From Dendrobates tinctorius (lineage: Eukaryota), in the NCBI RefSeq assembly GCF_039654945.1, contig NW_027361872.1:4712001-4776000 (forward strand): a stretch of 64,000 bases of DNA, in the 5' to 3' direction. The notes under the pieces were generated by a model, which was given only the letters and a program-made list of their open reading frames with translations, did no database searches and was not told the origin of the DNA. A program made the translations under genes and the position numbers. This document shows positions 39,523 through 52,372 of the stretch, one piece after another. Position 1 is the stretch's first letter. Every line of letters starts with the position of its first letter.

Positions 39523-40019
39523 TGTCAGGATTCTAGTGTAAGGACCCTGTCGGCGTCAGCAAACTGCCACGCCGAGCAAGGTGACTTACCCACACTATGG
39601 GAGAGTGCGGGGTCCAATACAGTAGTGACGGTTCAAGCAGACAGGACCTACGGCACTGAAAATAGTAAGGAGTCCCAGGACCTAGACACGGAGAGTGCTG
39701 TGTGGTACCAGGGGGACGAGCAAAGAATAGTCAAGTCACAGGCAGAGGGTCATACACAGAGAGGTAGCGCAGTACAAGAGGGACAGGCAGAACTCGTAAC
39801 AGGGACAGAACCGGATCAAAACCAAACAAGCAAGCAAGATATCAGGCACAAGGCACACATACGCACGAGGTCAACTAACTCATCCAAGGGCAGGAGTATA
39901 ACTGACACCGGACCTAGAAGTGAGCATTAAATAGCCGTCCCTGTCAGAGAGAGGCAGAAACAATTAACCCCTGTCTGACCAGGACGGGCCAAAGACAAAG
40001 CCCATCCTGGATCATGACA
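39523..40019 (-). mobile_element. Solo LTR
   Basis: TGTCAGGA...TCATGACA termini; 5-bp TSD ATGGC. Confidence 0.85.
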
Positions 40020-41066
40020 ATGGCTCAGCTTCAGCACCAGTATCAACAATAAAGGCCTCTGATTAATTATACTGTGAACACTCAGGCCTAGACAAGCACT
40101 CTCTCCCTCCAATGCGAAGTGTCACAGAGCTGTGCAATAGCATCAGTGTGCCGAGTCAGGTGGCACCTGGTTTTTTACAACCACTGATAATGTCACACGG
40201 CCAACCAATCACAGTAACACCACAACCAAGATGTATGTTCTCCCCGTGTTTGCGTGGGTTTCCTCCTGGTACTCCGGTTTCCTCACACATTCCAAAGACA
40301 TACTGATAGGGAATCTAGATTGTGAGCCCTGCGGAATATGTTAGCGCTATATAAAAATAAAGATTATTATTATTATAACTGAGTATCACCAAGCATGTTC
40401 GCTCATCCCTGGTAATTACTGAACAAACACTGCATGACATACTCCACTTACAGATAGACTAATTTTATTGTACTTACTGACATGCTGCTTTTACTGACAC
40501 AAACACTGACTTGACATAATTCATTTACTGACATGAACACTGTGTATGTGCTAGTAGGGAATAACCCTCAGCGATATAATGTCACCCATTTAATGGGTGA
40601 CATTAGATGATTTACTTTCTTAGCTGGAGTAAATGAATTCTGGTACATTGTTGTGGACAGCGCCAGCACTAATAGCATGTACCAGTCCTGTCATACAGAC
40701 ATTGCCTCTGCTCTGTGCGATGGCAGCACTTAGTGAGTAATAAGCACTTTCTTTCGCTGTGATGCACTGGAGGACAAAGCTCATTATTACGGTACATAGC
40801 AGGTAGCATGCCCCTTATAAATAGTGACAGCTGAATTCCCTCCTCATTGTGCCAGCAGCATATGAGTATTATTAACACCACAATAGTGTCCAACTGTAAT
40901 CCTTTGGCATCAATCTTGAACTGAAAGATAACTCTGATCTTGATCATTTTAACACCTTAGATCCCGTTGTTCACCACATCATCAAAATATAAAAATTATC
41001 AAAACACATTGATCCACCCATTTCTGTCCTTTGCCAGTGAACAGCATAAAAAAAATAAAAAATAAA

Positions 41067-42004
41067 TGTGGAGACACGAGGGTCAGTGAGTGCTCTCATC
41101 TGCTGGCCTGGCTCTCCGTAGAAAGACCACATCGATCAGGGCTTATCCTACTGAATGCTCGTACTCCTTTCCCGTGGTCATAAAACTACTCAGACAACAC
41201 AGGGTGAGGGTAACACAATGGGGTGATACTTTATTGGATCAACAACAGTCAATAAAATATAGTACAGTCCAAGCAAATACACAAGATTGTGCAAATGACA
41301 GTGTCTCACCCGTCTGCTGGCTCGCAGGGAATTAGAACATTTGCGTCTTCTGGGCTTCCAGCGCCAATTACCCTAACCAGTGGCACCCCTCTTTTGACAG
41401 GCTCCCATCGAAAGGAAGTAGCAGTAAGCTTAGGAAGCTGAGAGAGTACATTGATGTATGTGGCCAGGTTACTTGAATGTCTCCACCTGGGTTCAATTGT
41501 CTTTGGGTTCAGTGATGGTCTGTATTGCTTCAGTTGGTGCCATGGTTCCTTGGCTGCTGTTTTGTAGAGTCGCCCTGTAGAAGGAGATAGGTCCCTTTTT
41601 ATACCCACAGCTGTCCTTCAGGCCATTATCCACTGGTTTGGAAGGGTGGGAGGAGGTCATCTCTCATTGTTCAAGTGTTCAACTAACTTGTATATTTTGT
41701 CCTTCAGTGTTTTCAGAATGAAAAGCTGCATGGACTGATACACTAGGTAGTCAGCGGGCATTCACTAAATGAACAAACACTGATTGTTCAATGAACCTGC
41801 AACTTTGTCCCTCAAGGATAGAAGAACAATAAGCGGCAAGGACTGATACAATAGGTAATCAGCAACCATTCAACAAATATCAATTCAACCTACAACAAGA
41901 GTCAACGATCAGGCTTCTATGAACAATGGCTTAAGTCTCCTGACCTGTTGAATAATATGTCTGGCATAATTAAGAATAAATGCTGTGTCATTACATTCCT
42001 CACA
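41067..42004 (-). mobile_element. Probable LTR (retroviral/Gypsy-like) with adjoining internal remnant to ~42370
   Basis: TGTGGAG...CCTCACA termini; minus-strand TATAAAAA ~41600 and AATAAA ~41232; no TSD. Confidence 0.45.
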
Positions 42005-42369
42005 CTTCTTAATTAGCCTGACGTGATAAGCTTTCAGTCATCCTTCTTCACTTGTCTGGGACAGTCCATCAGCATTTCTTTCAGCATAGACACAAATGTA
42101 AGAGCTTCATTAGAATGAAACTCACCCCCAGCCACATGGCACACTGGTTAATGGTGTTCTGGGGGGACAATATCTGGGCTAACCAGGGTGATGGAAGACC
42201 CAGTGTTCTGATTTCCCTGGGCCAGGATATCACTGACCTTAACCAGCTGGATGTGGCTATGGAGTACGGCTGCTCTAGGGTGGTCAATCTGCCATATAGT
42301 GTGAATAGGGTATATCACTTCATCTGCTGCTGGTGTATTCTGGGGGTAGCGTCCCTCAGACCCTGATGG

Positions 42370-43100
42370 CTGCTTCAATTATACAGCCATAAAAATGGCT
42401 CAGGGCAACAAGGTTTTTTAGATTCTTATTCCGTCTAAAAACAATGTTAGGGGCAATGTGCAAACTCACAGTAAAAACAGGATCATTGCCCAAAATGAAC
42501 CAATATTTATTTAGCAAACTTCTTAAAACTTTATGGAACTTTTTATAAGTGGTACCAAAGCTATGTCCAAATTTATTTTCATTATTCTTAGTGATGGGCT
42601 TCCCTACCACTTTCAAATTCTCTTTGTCCCTCATTTTGGCAAAAGAATCTGCCTGGTCAAAGACTTTTGTTTTATCATAAGATCATAAGCATCCTTCAAA
42701 ATGCCCTTTGGATAACCCTTTTCTCTACACCTCTTGTTAAGAATGATCGATTTTCTATATAAGTCCTTAACCCTAATGCAATTCTTTGAATGCGTCAGTA
42801 TTGTCCGTACGGCACATTCTCAATCTATCTCGGGAGGTGGCTAGAATAGTCTAAATAACTACTAACATCCACCTTCTTAAAATGAGTGGATGTAACAATT
42901 GAGCCATCATCACTTTTTGAGATGTTTAAATCAAGGAGCTCAATATCTTCCGAAAATGTGGACATAAATACAAGCCCCATGAAGTTCTTGTTGAGATGAT
43001 TCACAAATGAATGATCCTCCTCCTGAGTCCCTGTCCAAATTAAGAACAAATCATCAATAAATCTCCAAGAGAAGAGGATGTGACCCATCGGCAGGGGGGA
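42370..43100 (-). pseudogene. Penelope-like element reverse-transcriptase fragment (C-terminal part)
   Basis: WRFIDDLFLIWTGT...FVNHLNKN...LLDLNI...TSTHFKKVDVSSYLDYSS, typical of PLE RT; continues from the 50050-50410 fragment. Confidence 0.8.
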
Positions 43101-44793
43101 CTGCCAGCAGGGGTGAACCTAGCCTCTGTGCTACCTGAGGCAAAGTGCAGAACGGCGGCCCCCTCCATAGTAAATTTTTTCTAAAACGGTAGAAATTAAT
43201 CTGGTTCATATCCTGTAAAAATGAGGACAATAGTGGACATTTTAATTTAGAGAAATAGAAAAAGAAGATGTCCAAATACAAGGATGTCACATGATCACAA
43301 ACACATACAAGAACCTCACAGAGGAATCCAGAACAAGGGTCATCAATGGCAATGGCAGGCCTGGCATAAGCATACAGACACACAATGATTGCTGCAGAGC
43401 AGTGGCCATATAGGCAGATGCAGTCCTGCATCCTTATAGCATACACACAGTGGCAGACACTGATTGCCAACCTATTATCTCTGGCACGCGCCTACAAAAC
43501 TCTGGGTAGCTCCAATGTGGCCGCTGCCAGGCACTGACCATTCAGACATGTCCACCATGCAGCACCATACTCACACCACATGCAACAACTTGGAGTCTGA
43601 GCATCAACAAGCCACCACTGCACTAAGCTGGTAAAATGGCACGTCTTCCACAACAGACCATGCCTCCTTCTACCAAAACGCTTAGCCAATCACAAGCACC
43701 AAACACGGGGCTGTCCGGAGCTAATAGCAGGGGCCTTCCTATTGGGTTTAACAAGGGATGTGAGAGCGGGAAGGGGGACGAGCGCAACCGACGCTCAGGA
43801 GAAACATGGCTGAATGCCTGTATGTACCGAGGGGCAGCATTGGACGTGGTGTGTAAGTTATGGGCAGTCAGTCCTGCAGCAGAGACGTATGTGAAAGGGA
43901 CAATGCATCCTGCACCAGGGCGTACAAAGAGATCATGGCTCCCCCCTCCAAAAAAAAAAAAACCTGTCTGGGTCACATAGGTACAAATCTCACAACTTTG
44001 CTGCCGTTGCAAAGTAATTTTCCTCCTATTGAAGCCCCCAGATTCCTCTTTCATTGGCCCCATAAAGTATGATGCCAACAAAGGTGCCCCACAAACACTA
44101 TGACCTGACAATGATTCCTCCACATGCACAGCATGATGACCTTACTGTACCCCTTCAACTATCCCGCCACAGTATGTTTCCCAGCTCTGAGCCCCACACA
44201 GTCCTCCATTCTGTATAAAGGACCTATGAAGGCCCCCAACAGAGCCCTCCATAAAGTATAAAGGCTTCCTCATAGCCCTTCAAGTAATATCATGCCCCCC
44301 CACAGAGCCCTCCAAATATTATAATTACTTCCATAGAGTACAATTGGCTTCATATAGTCCTCCATATATTATGATGCATCATCCATAGTCTTCCATATAA
44401 CATAATGCACCCCCATAGTTCTCCATATAGTATATTGCCAGTGTGCAATATTGTATCAAAGGCAAGGATACAACCTTTGACATATATGAATGTTAAAGGT
44501 GGTGAAGAGGTTAAATTCCATTGTATACAGCACACACATACTGGACAACACATGCTCATTACAAACACATCATACAGTCACACAGACACACATATCATAC
44601 ATGTCCTTCGTCTTCGTACACACATGCTATATAACAGATGCACAGCAGGTACACATCATATACACAGAACAAGTGTATATACACACTTCAGTATACTCAA
44701 AAAATATCTAAACACACAAACACACACAACCCACTCACACGCATACACACAACCCACTCACGTGCAAAGACACAACCCACACAGTTAACACAG

Positions 44794-47770
44794 TGTTAGG
44801 AATCTGGTGTCTACAATACCTATGCAGGAACACAGATCCTCACATTTGTCTCCAGAGGCTATGTCCTTCGTCCCTTCTTCTGAGCATGCTCATGGGATGA
44901 GCTCCCATTGGACTTCAGGAGTCAGGTGCTCAGGTCCTGCTCCTGATTCCATTGGTTATGCTCAGGGCTCTGGAGATTTCCGGCAGGTCCCGTACGCTAT
45001 AAAAAGTGCGCATGGCTGTTCCGCCATGCGCTAGTATTTTTCATACTGCTGATGTGTGTATGGTGATGGATGCTTGGACTGGTGGATGACTTATTATGAA
45101 ACCCCTTCCCTCTGATATTACGAGTGAGTGAGTGATTGGGCAGCCGCCAGTAGCAGCGCTAGCGCCAGCGCGCTCCAGCCATACCTTTTGCAGCAGCTAA
45201 GCGTCCTGCATTGCGCCAGCGTTCTTGCAGCGCCTTGCTTGCAGCTCTGTTCATGCCGCGCTGCGGTTGCAGCCTCCCGGGTGTTCGCAGTTGCAACACC
45301 TTGTACCTTAAGTTTTACGGTAGGTCTAGAGGGGATAGTCCTGGTGTGTAAGGCTATTTCTGTGACCTTTAATACCGTGTCCACTTCGCTGAAGTCTGTG
45401 ACCCTAAACAGATTCAGCTGTATTTATGTTTTGTTAGCAGCTCTGTGCATATAACAGAGTCTGCTTTGGTGCACTGACTGCAGCTAAAGTCCTGTGCACA
45501 TCTCCGCCTGAGTGCCCTGCCTCATTCAGCAGCGGTTTTGTCATCTACCGCACGGTGGACCCCGAGCGGTGAACGCACTTTATTTTAATTTTATTTAGTG
45601 CGTTCCACCGCTCACAACATAATACTAGCGCCAGGGTCTGGCTCAATGCGTTAAGCAGCTCGGCGACCGGGTGGCCGCTCTTGAGAAGTCTCTCTCAGCT
45701 GCGCAAGCTACAGATGCTGCCGTACAGGCGTTAACGGATGCAGTAGCGCGTTTGTCCAGGTCTACCCTTGCGCCAACAGTTACCCGCCTCCCGTTGCCCG
45801 ATAAGTTTTCCGGGGATGGCGCCTCCTGTAGGGGTTTTATCAGCCAGTGCTCGATCCATCTGGAGCTGCTGGCTGCACAATTCCCTACGGAACGGGCCAA
45901 AGTGGCGTTCATTATATCCCTACTGTCGGGCAAGGCTCTAGAATGGGCTACGCCGTTATGGGAACGTGGTGACCCCGATATACGAACCGCAGCGCACCTG
46001 CTGATGGCCATCAAGCAGGTTTTCCTCGGTCCACGGGTCACGCACAACACCTCCCTACAGCTACTCGCACTCTCTCAGGGATCCCTCTCGGTGAGCCAGT
46101 ATGCCGTACGTTTTCGGACACTGGCGTCCGAGTTGGAGTGGGCTGATAGGGCCCTTATTCCTGTCTTTTGGAGAGGGTTGGCGGAGCACGTCAAAGACGC
46201 TCTTTCTACCAGAGAGATTCCTACTACCTTGGAAGAGTTGATTTCCATCTCCTCGCGTATTGACCTCCATTTTTCGGAGTGCGGCTTGGAGCGTGCTCAT
46301 TCAAAACGGAAGGGTACTCCGCTTCCCAAATATTTCGAGTCTCTGGAGCCACCTGAGCCAGAGGTCTTACCCCCTGAGCCCATGGAGGTGTCTCGTACCG
46401 ATTTTAATACAGACTCGGACCAGGAATCCGTTTGCGGTTGTCATCACGTACGTGCGGTTTCTCCGGAAGCCAGCTCCCCGCAATGGTCTGAGTCTGAGCC
46501 GGTTGTCGAGACCTTTGTCCCTCCTCATCTTAGGGCTCAGGTACTCGCCTGGGCGCATGACTCCAATGCGTCTCACCACCGAGGCTACATGCAAGTCTCA
46601 AAGCTCTTGGCTGGAGCGTATTGGTGGCCCCATAGAGCTCGAGACATCAAAAAATTCATTCGGGCATACACGTTATGTGCTCAGGACAGTCTGTCCGAAC
46701 GGAGGGTGGTGATGGCCGTCGATACACGGCGGTGGTCTCCTAAACCTTCCGCTCCTATTGTCAACAGGATATCCCTCCTGAGACCTGGTGACCTGACCTC
46801 CGCTGATACCATTCGTATGTCCCGGTTTTCAGTTTCACCTACTAGGACATCAGGCTCGCTGTTTGGCGAGCCTGAGGTCTGTGCCATTGCCGGGCACAGG
46901 CTGGTGGGTCGGAGGCTTCAGGGAGGGGGGCCTTAGGAGGGGGGGTAATGTTAGGAATCTGGTGTCTACAATACCTATGCAGGAACACAGATCCTCACAT
47001 TTATCTCCAGAGGCTATGTCCTTCGTCCCTTCTTCTGAGCATGCTCATGGGATGAGCTCCCATTGGACTTCAGGAGTCAGGTGCTCAGGTCCTGCTCCTG
47101 ATTCCATTGGTTATGCTCAGGGCTCTGGAGATTTCCGGCAGGTCCCGTACGCTATAAAAAGTGCGCATGGCCGTCCCGCCATGCGCTAGTATTTTTCATA
47201 CTGCTGCTGTGTGTATGGTGATGGATGCTTGGACTGGTGGATGACTTATTATGAAACCCCTTCCCTCTGATATTACGAGTGAGTGATTGGGGAGCCGCCA
47301 GTAGTAGCGCTAGCGCCAGCGAGTTCCAGCCATACCTTTTGCAGCAGCTAAGCGTCCTGCATTGTGCCAGCGTTCTTGCAGCGCCTTGCTTGCGGCTCTG
47401 TTCACGCCGCGCTGCGGTTGCAGCCTCCTGGCTGTTCGCAGTTGCGACACCTTGTACCTTAAGTTTTACGGTAGGTCTAGAGGGGATAGTCCTGGTGTGT
47501 AAGGCTATTTCTGTGACCTTTAATACCGTGTCCACATCGCTGAAGTCTGTGACCCTAAACAGATTCAGCGGTATTTATGTTTTGTTAGCAGCTCTGTGCA
47601 TATAACAGAGTCTGCATTGGTGCACTGACTGCAGCTAAAGTCCTGTGCACATCTCCGCCTGAGTGCCCTGCCTCATTCAGCAGCGGTTTTGTCATCTACC
47701 GCACGGTGGACCCCGAGCGGTGAACGCACTTTATTTTAATTTTATTTAGTGCGTTCCACCGCTCATAACA
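44794..47770 (+). mobile_element. Compact non-autonomous Ty3/Gypsy (sushi-like) LTR element
   Basis: LTRs 44794-45619 and 46949-47770 (TG...CA, highly similar); TSD CACAG; PPT AGGAGGGGGGG before the 3' LTR; 1.3-kb internal region. Confidence 0.95.
45671..46936 (+). CDS. PEG10/RTL-like Gag fused in frame to an integrase H2C2 zinc-finger segment and a chromodomain stub
   Basis: LPDKFSGDGASCRGFISQC...AKVAFIISLLSGKALEWATPLW...EPMEV; FVPPHLRAQVLAWAHDS...HRG...YWWP...CAQ; EVCAIAGHRLVGRRLQ; stop-free but no N-terminal ATG. Confidence 0.7.
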   Translation: MAALEKSLSAAQATDAAVQALTDAVARLSRSTLAPTVTRLPLPDKFSGDGASCRGFISQCSIHLELLAAQFPTERAKVAFIISLLSGKALEWATPLWERGDPDIRTAAHLLMAIKQVFLGPRVTHNTSLQLLALSQGSLSVSQYAVRFRTLASELEWADRALIPVFWRGLAEHVKDALSTREIPTTLEELISISSRIDLHFSECGLERAHSKRKGTPLPKYFESLEPPEPEVLPPEPMEVSRTDFNTDSDQESVCGCHHVRAVSPEASSPQWSESEPVVETFVPPHLRAQVLAWAHDSNASHHRGYMQVSKLLAGAYWWPHRARDIKKFIRAYTLCAQDSLSERRVVMAVDTRRWSPKPSAPIVNRISLLRPGDLTSADTIRMSRFSVSPTRTSGSLFGEPEVCAIAGHRLVGRRLQGGGP

Positions 47771-49480
47771 CACAGAGACACAACCCACACACAAACCCAC
47801 ACCGACACTTAACAGACAACTCACACACCACACAGAGACACAACCCATACACCACTCAACACAAAGAGACACAATCCACACACAGACACACCACAGACAC
47901 AACCCACACCACAAAGACACACAACACACCACAGACACAACCCACACACCACAGAGAGACACAACCTACACACAAATACGTAGATGCACACACCGACACA
48001 ACCCACACAGAGAGGCACAAACACAACCCACACACCACCCACAGTCACTCCACCCCCACACGCAATGACAGACACACAACCCGCGCATGCAAACACATGC
48101 ATAAACACAACCCACACACAACCCCCACACAGAATGATAGACACACAACCCACACAGTCAACACAGAGACACAATCCACACACACAACCCACACCGACAC
48201 ACAATAGACAACCTACATACCACAGAGAACACAACCCATACACCACACAGAAAGACACAACCCAAACACAAGCAGACACACCAGACAACCCACACCACAA
48301 AGACTCAACACACAGAGAGATACAACCTACACACAAAGACAGAGAGACAACCCACACACAATAGACACAACCCACACACAAGAGACACAACCCCCACACA
48401 AACACCACACACAGACATAACCCACACACAAAAAGAGACACAACCAACACCCACACAGAAAACCACAATACAACCCACAGTCACACAACCCCCCACACAC
48501 AATGACACAGACACACAACCCACACACACACAGACACATGCATAAACACAACCCACAGTCAACACAGAGACACAACCCAAACACACACAGACACAACCCA
48601 CACCCCACACAGAGAGCACAACCCATACACCACACAACACAGAGAGACACAACCCACACACAAACTGACACACCACAGACACAACCCACACCACACAGAC
48701 ACAATCAATATACCACACAACACAGATACAACCCACACACATGTAGACACACACAAACACAACCCACACACACGCAGACCCAACCCACACAAAAAGACAC
48801 AACCCCCCACACAGACACACAACCCCAACACAAAATGACACAGACACACAACCCACACACATGCATAAACACAACCCACACACAGTCAACACAGAGACAC
48901 AACCCACACCGACACAAAATAGACAACTCACACACCAGAGAGCACAACCCATACACCACACAATACAGAAAGACACAACCCACACACAAGCAGACACACC
49001 ACAGACACAACCCAGCCCACAAAGACATAACACACCACACAAGCAGACACACCACAGACACAACACATACCACACACCAGACACAATGTACACCACACAG
49101 AGTGATACAACCTACACACAAAGAGACACAACCCACACACATAAACCCAACCCACAGAGACACAACCAATAGAGAGACACAACCCACACACAACAAGAGA
49201 CAACCCACACAGACACAACTGCCACACAGACACACAACAAACAGACAATCCACACACCACATAGAGAGCACAACACAGAGAGACACAACCCACACACACC
49301 CAGACACAACCCCCACCACACACCAGACACAACCGACACATACACACACCCACATACACACACACCCAGACACACCACACACAACTCACATATACACATC
49401 CAGACACACCACAGACACAATCCACACCACACACAACCCACCCACACACACAAAGACAAACAACCAACACAGACACCTAG
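47771..49480. repeat. CA-rich degenerate minisatellite (ACACAACCCACAC-like)
   Basis: Low-complexity tandem units. Confidence 0.95.
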
Positions 49481-50049
49481 AGACACAGACTCCTCTGTGC
49501 TACAGGAGTGGGAGCTGGTGTACATGTGCAGCTTCCCCTGCTCGCAGCCGCTGAGCCCCACACCCACTCTCTCTGCGGGACTGCCCAGCAGGAAATCTGT
49601 CACCTTGTGGATTCAGGAGCTGCTTCTCCTTGGTATCCTCGAGCACACACAGGCTCCTCTGATCTTATTTCTTGGCTCACCTCTTCCCTTCAAAGACGCG
49701 CCATGCAGGAGCACAGGAGCACTGGCCAATCAGCTCTTCTGTCTGTGATGTGAGAGCGTTCATTGGCCAGTGTTCTTCTCCTGCAGGACACCTCCTTTCT
49801 CTGAGTTGCTTAACCCCGAGGGTGAAAGCTACCACACACATCAGTTATCATAAGTGCATATTCCTCCCAGTATAAAGCGGGCAGCGGCACAGCTGGAGGG
49901 CAGGACGTCAGGGAGAGAAGAGCGACCAAAGGCAGGCACAAGCCGGCATCTGAATGAACGGCCCCCGGCAGATGACGCCCCCTTTTTATCAGCAGGCGGT
50001 GCCGCCTGAGGTAACCAACTCAAGTTGCCTCATGATAGGTGCGGCCCTG

Positions 50050-50410
50050 ACTGCTGCCAGATGTGGAGGGACTCAAAACGCTCCATGAACAGGTTGGCAG
50101 AGCTGGGCGCGAATCTCGTCTAACTTTAACCTTCTCAAAGGAGAAGACATTATGAGTATGTACGCAAAGCTAAGCGAAAGAAAATCCCTCTGATAAGTGC
50201 CTTGACGTACGACATAATCCACAGCAGCCAATCCCAGCTGATAGTCAGTGTTGGAATACAAGGAACTAGCATCAATGGAGAAGAAAACACATTGAGGAAT
50301 AGGTGGAAGGTTTTTAAGTTCCATAATTAATATGTGGGAATCTAACGGATTCACTTATTTTTGAAGGAACAGATCAATATAATGGGAGAGGTTTGCCGTG
50401 ATGGACTTTA
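50050..50410 (-). pseudogene. Penelope-like RT fragment (N-terminal part)
   Basis: FFSIDASSLYSN and, in another frame, FAPSSANLFM (RT motifs A and B'). Confidence 0.65.
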
Positions 50411-50457
50411 GCCCTGATTCATTATTTGTCAATTGTTTTCTAAAATCAGACAATTAA

Positions 50458-50824
50458 AGGGATTGTCCAATAGTTGAAAAATATTTTCAAACATCAAAAA
50501 TAAAAGTAGATATAATCACAAAGATTGATCTATCACAACGCTTGCTTCCATGCTTTTCCCCATGGTCTCTAGTGCCTGGTCATGTCTTGAAATGACTTGG
50601 GCCAATCACTGCCTGCAGCGGTGACCAATTTCAATCACTGATTGGCTGAGCAGGCATTTTATGTTATTTCTGGTGTGACAGAACCAGGATGTAGCGATCA
50701 GAGGGGTTCAGCAAGCATTGGAGAGGAAGCTCGGGGGAATTGGAGGGTTTCAATCCCTTCTTTGTTTTTTTTTTATCCAGTGGGAGTCCTTTGAAAAATT
50801 ATTTTTATCCATGGGACAATCCCT
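50458..50824. mobile_element. TTAA T2-type MITE
   Basis: TTAA|AGGGATTGTCC...GGACAATCCCT|TTAA. Confidence 0.75.
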
Positions 50825-52372
50825 TTAAATTCAACAAACTCTATTTTATGACTATATTTCGTTTGCTGTTCTCTGCGCTTTCATAAATTCAGTGAATCAC
50901 TGAGCCATTTATCAAACCAAGCAACAGACAGAATGGTTCTGCTAATTACATTTCAGGCCATTCAAGCTTGATGTCTCCAGATTAATAGCTTAACACTGAC
51001 TACAGAGAATGCATACATTGACTTTCTCTCCGTGTTGCTCCGGGGTAGAATACTGTTCTATGCTCATTCACTTGTAGGTATTTATTTTTATATAAAATTG
51101 CCAGCAGCCTGTCTTGACATGGAGTACGTGCGGCGTTAACACTAACAGATGCTCTTTCTTTGCCATTAGAATCTATCATCCCTTATAACCCTTTGAAGTT
51201 TCATACAGTCGTCAAACCGGCTCCTGTTGTAGCCGTCATTAAGTGATAAGTGTCAGCGAGCAGGGCTAATCAGTAATCGGACAGTGAGTTGGTTGTCATA
51301 ATCACCTGGAAGGCAACATTGGCAAGATGGGCAGCACAAACCAGAGCACAGGCTGCACTACTGAATCAACGTAATCTTATTAATTTTTTCCAATAAAAGA
51401 GACTGATACAAGATGAGATGCTATAATTAACGGGGTTGTTTTTCGTTTTGTGTATACTACTCACTGGCACAGGTAGCTACAGTATAACAAAAGTCAGATA
51501 GACACAGACTTGATGAATGAAGATAAGTAAAGAGTTCCTCTATGAATTCTGAACAACAAAGGTCAGTTCATGCTGGATAATTGTAACATCGGCGGCCGTG
51601 CCTGCCGATATTCCATCAGCGGCCGCATCCGCCGCAGCCCCGTCTCACCTGCGCTTCTCCACCCGGGCGCTCTCCTGTCCTCCCTCCCGTTCAGCTGCAG
51701 TCCCGTGCGCCACCCTTAGGCCGCGGGTGCGCGCCCGACCGCTCTCTTCACTCGGCGGGGGGCGTCGCTGAGGGGCAGGGTCTTCCTTAAGGGGAAGACG
51801 CCTGGTAATTGTGTGGTTCTCCTGCACTGTTCTGGCCGCTATAGTACTACTATAGTTCTCTAGTCTTGTCTTTTCCTTGTTTCCTGTCAGCCTTGTCTCA
51901 GCCTTCGGTCCGTTTCCATCCCTCCTGTCTGCCTCCACCTAGTCCTGTCCGTGCTACCTCCTGTCTATCGTCTGGTGTCCTAGCCCCTTGCCTATTTCTT
52001 GTCTTGCTGGTTCCCATCCTCTGCCCGTCCTTGCTATTCCTGTCCCTGGGGTTTCCACGTCTGCCTTCCCTCGCCTTCTGTGCCTCACTCTCCTGCTGCT
52101 CCTTTTGGTATCCTTCCTCCTCCGGTACCCCCTGCTCAGGTACCCTAGACTCTGTCCTGCCTTCCAGGTCGCCTGTATCCCTACTCGTCCTTCGAGCCGT
52201 CCCTCTTGGTTCCGGCTGTCGCGGTTCTGACCCCTGCGGTCCTGTCCCTAACGATCCCTGTATAGGGGTCGGTTATCACCTGGCGTGCTCGGCCCGGGGG
52301 CTCCAGATCCGCAATCCAGAGGGTCCACTCCTGGACATTGTCCTCTCCTGATCATCACAGTATTACCAGGCC

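Larger units (their letters stand above)
43108..50049. mobile_element. Non-autonomous hAT-like element splitting the Penelope RT; contains CA-rich repeats and the Gag-only LTR element
   Basis: CAGGGG(T)G...GCGGCCCTG ends, subterminal TG(C)(T/C)(A/G)CCTGAGG motifs at both ends; partial TSD ACTGCCAG/ACTGCTGC. Confidence 0.55.

Noticed and set aside
45128-45454. 108-aa ORF repeated in both LTRs (likewise 51866-52351 and 57637-58179)
   Set aside because: Lies within LTRs, non-ATG start, no domain; repetition is explained by LTR duplication
45671-46936. Domesticated PEG10/RTL host gene
   Set aside because: Flanked by two similar LTRs, PPT and TSD, so it is a recent mobile copy
47696-49603. Thr/His-rich and Cys/Val-rich ORFs
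   Set aside because: Translations of CA/TG low-complexity repeat
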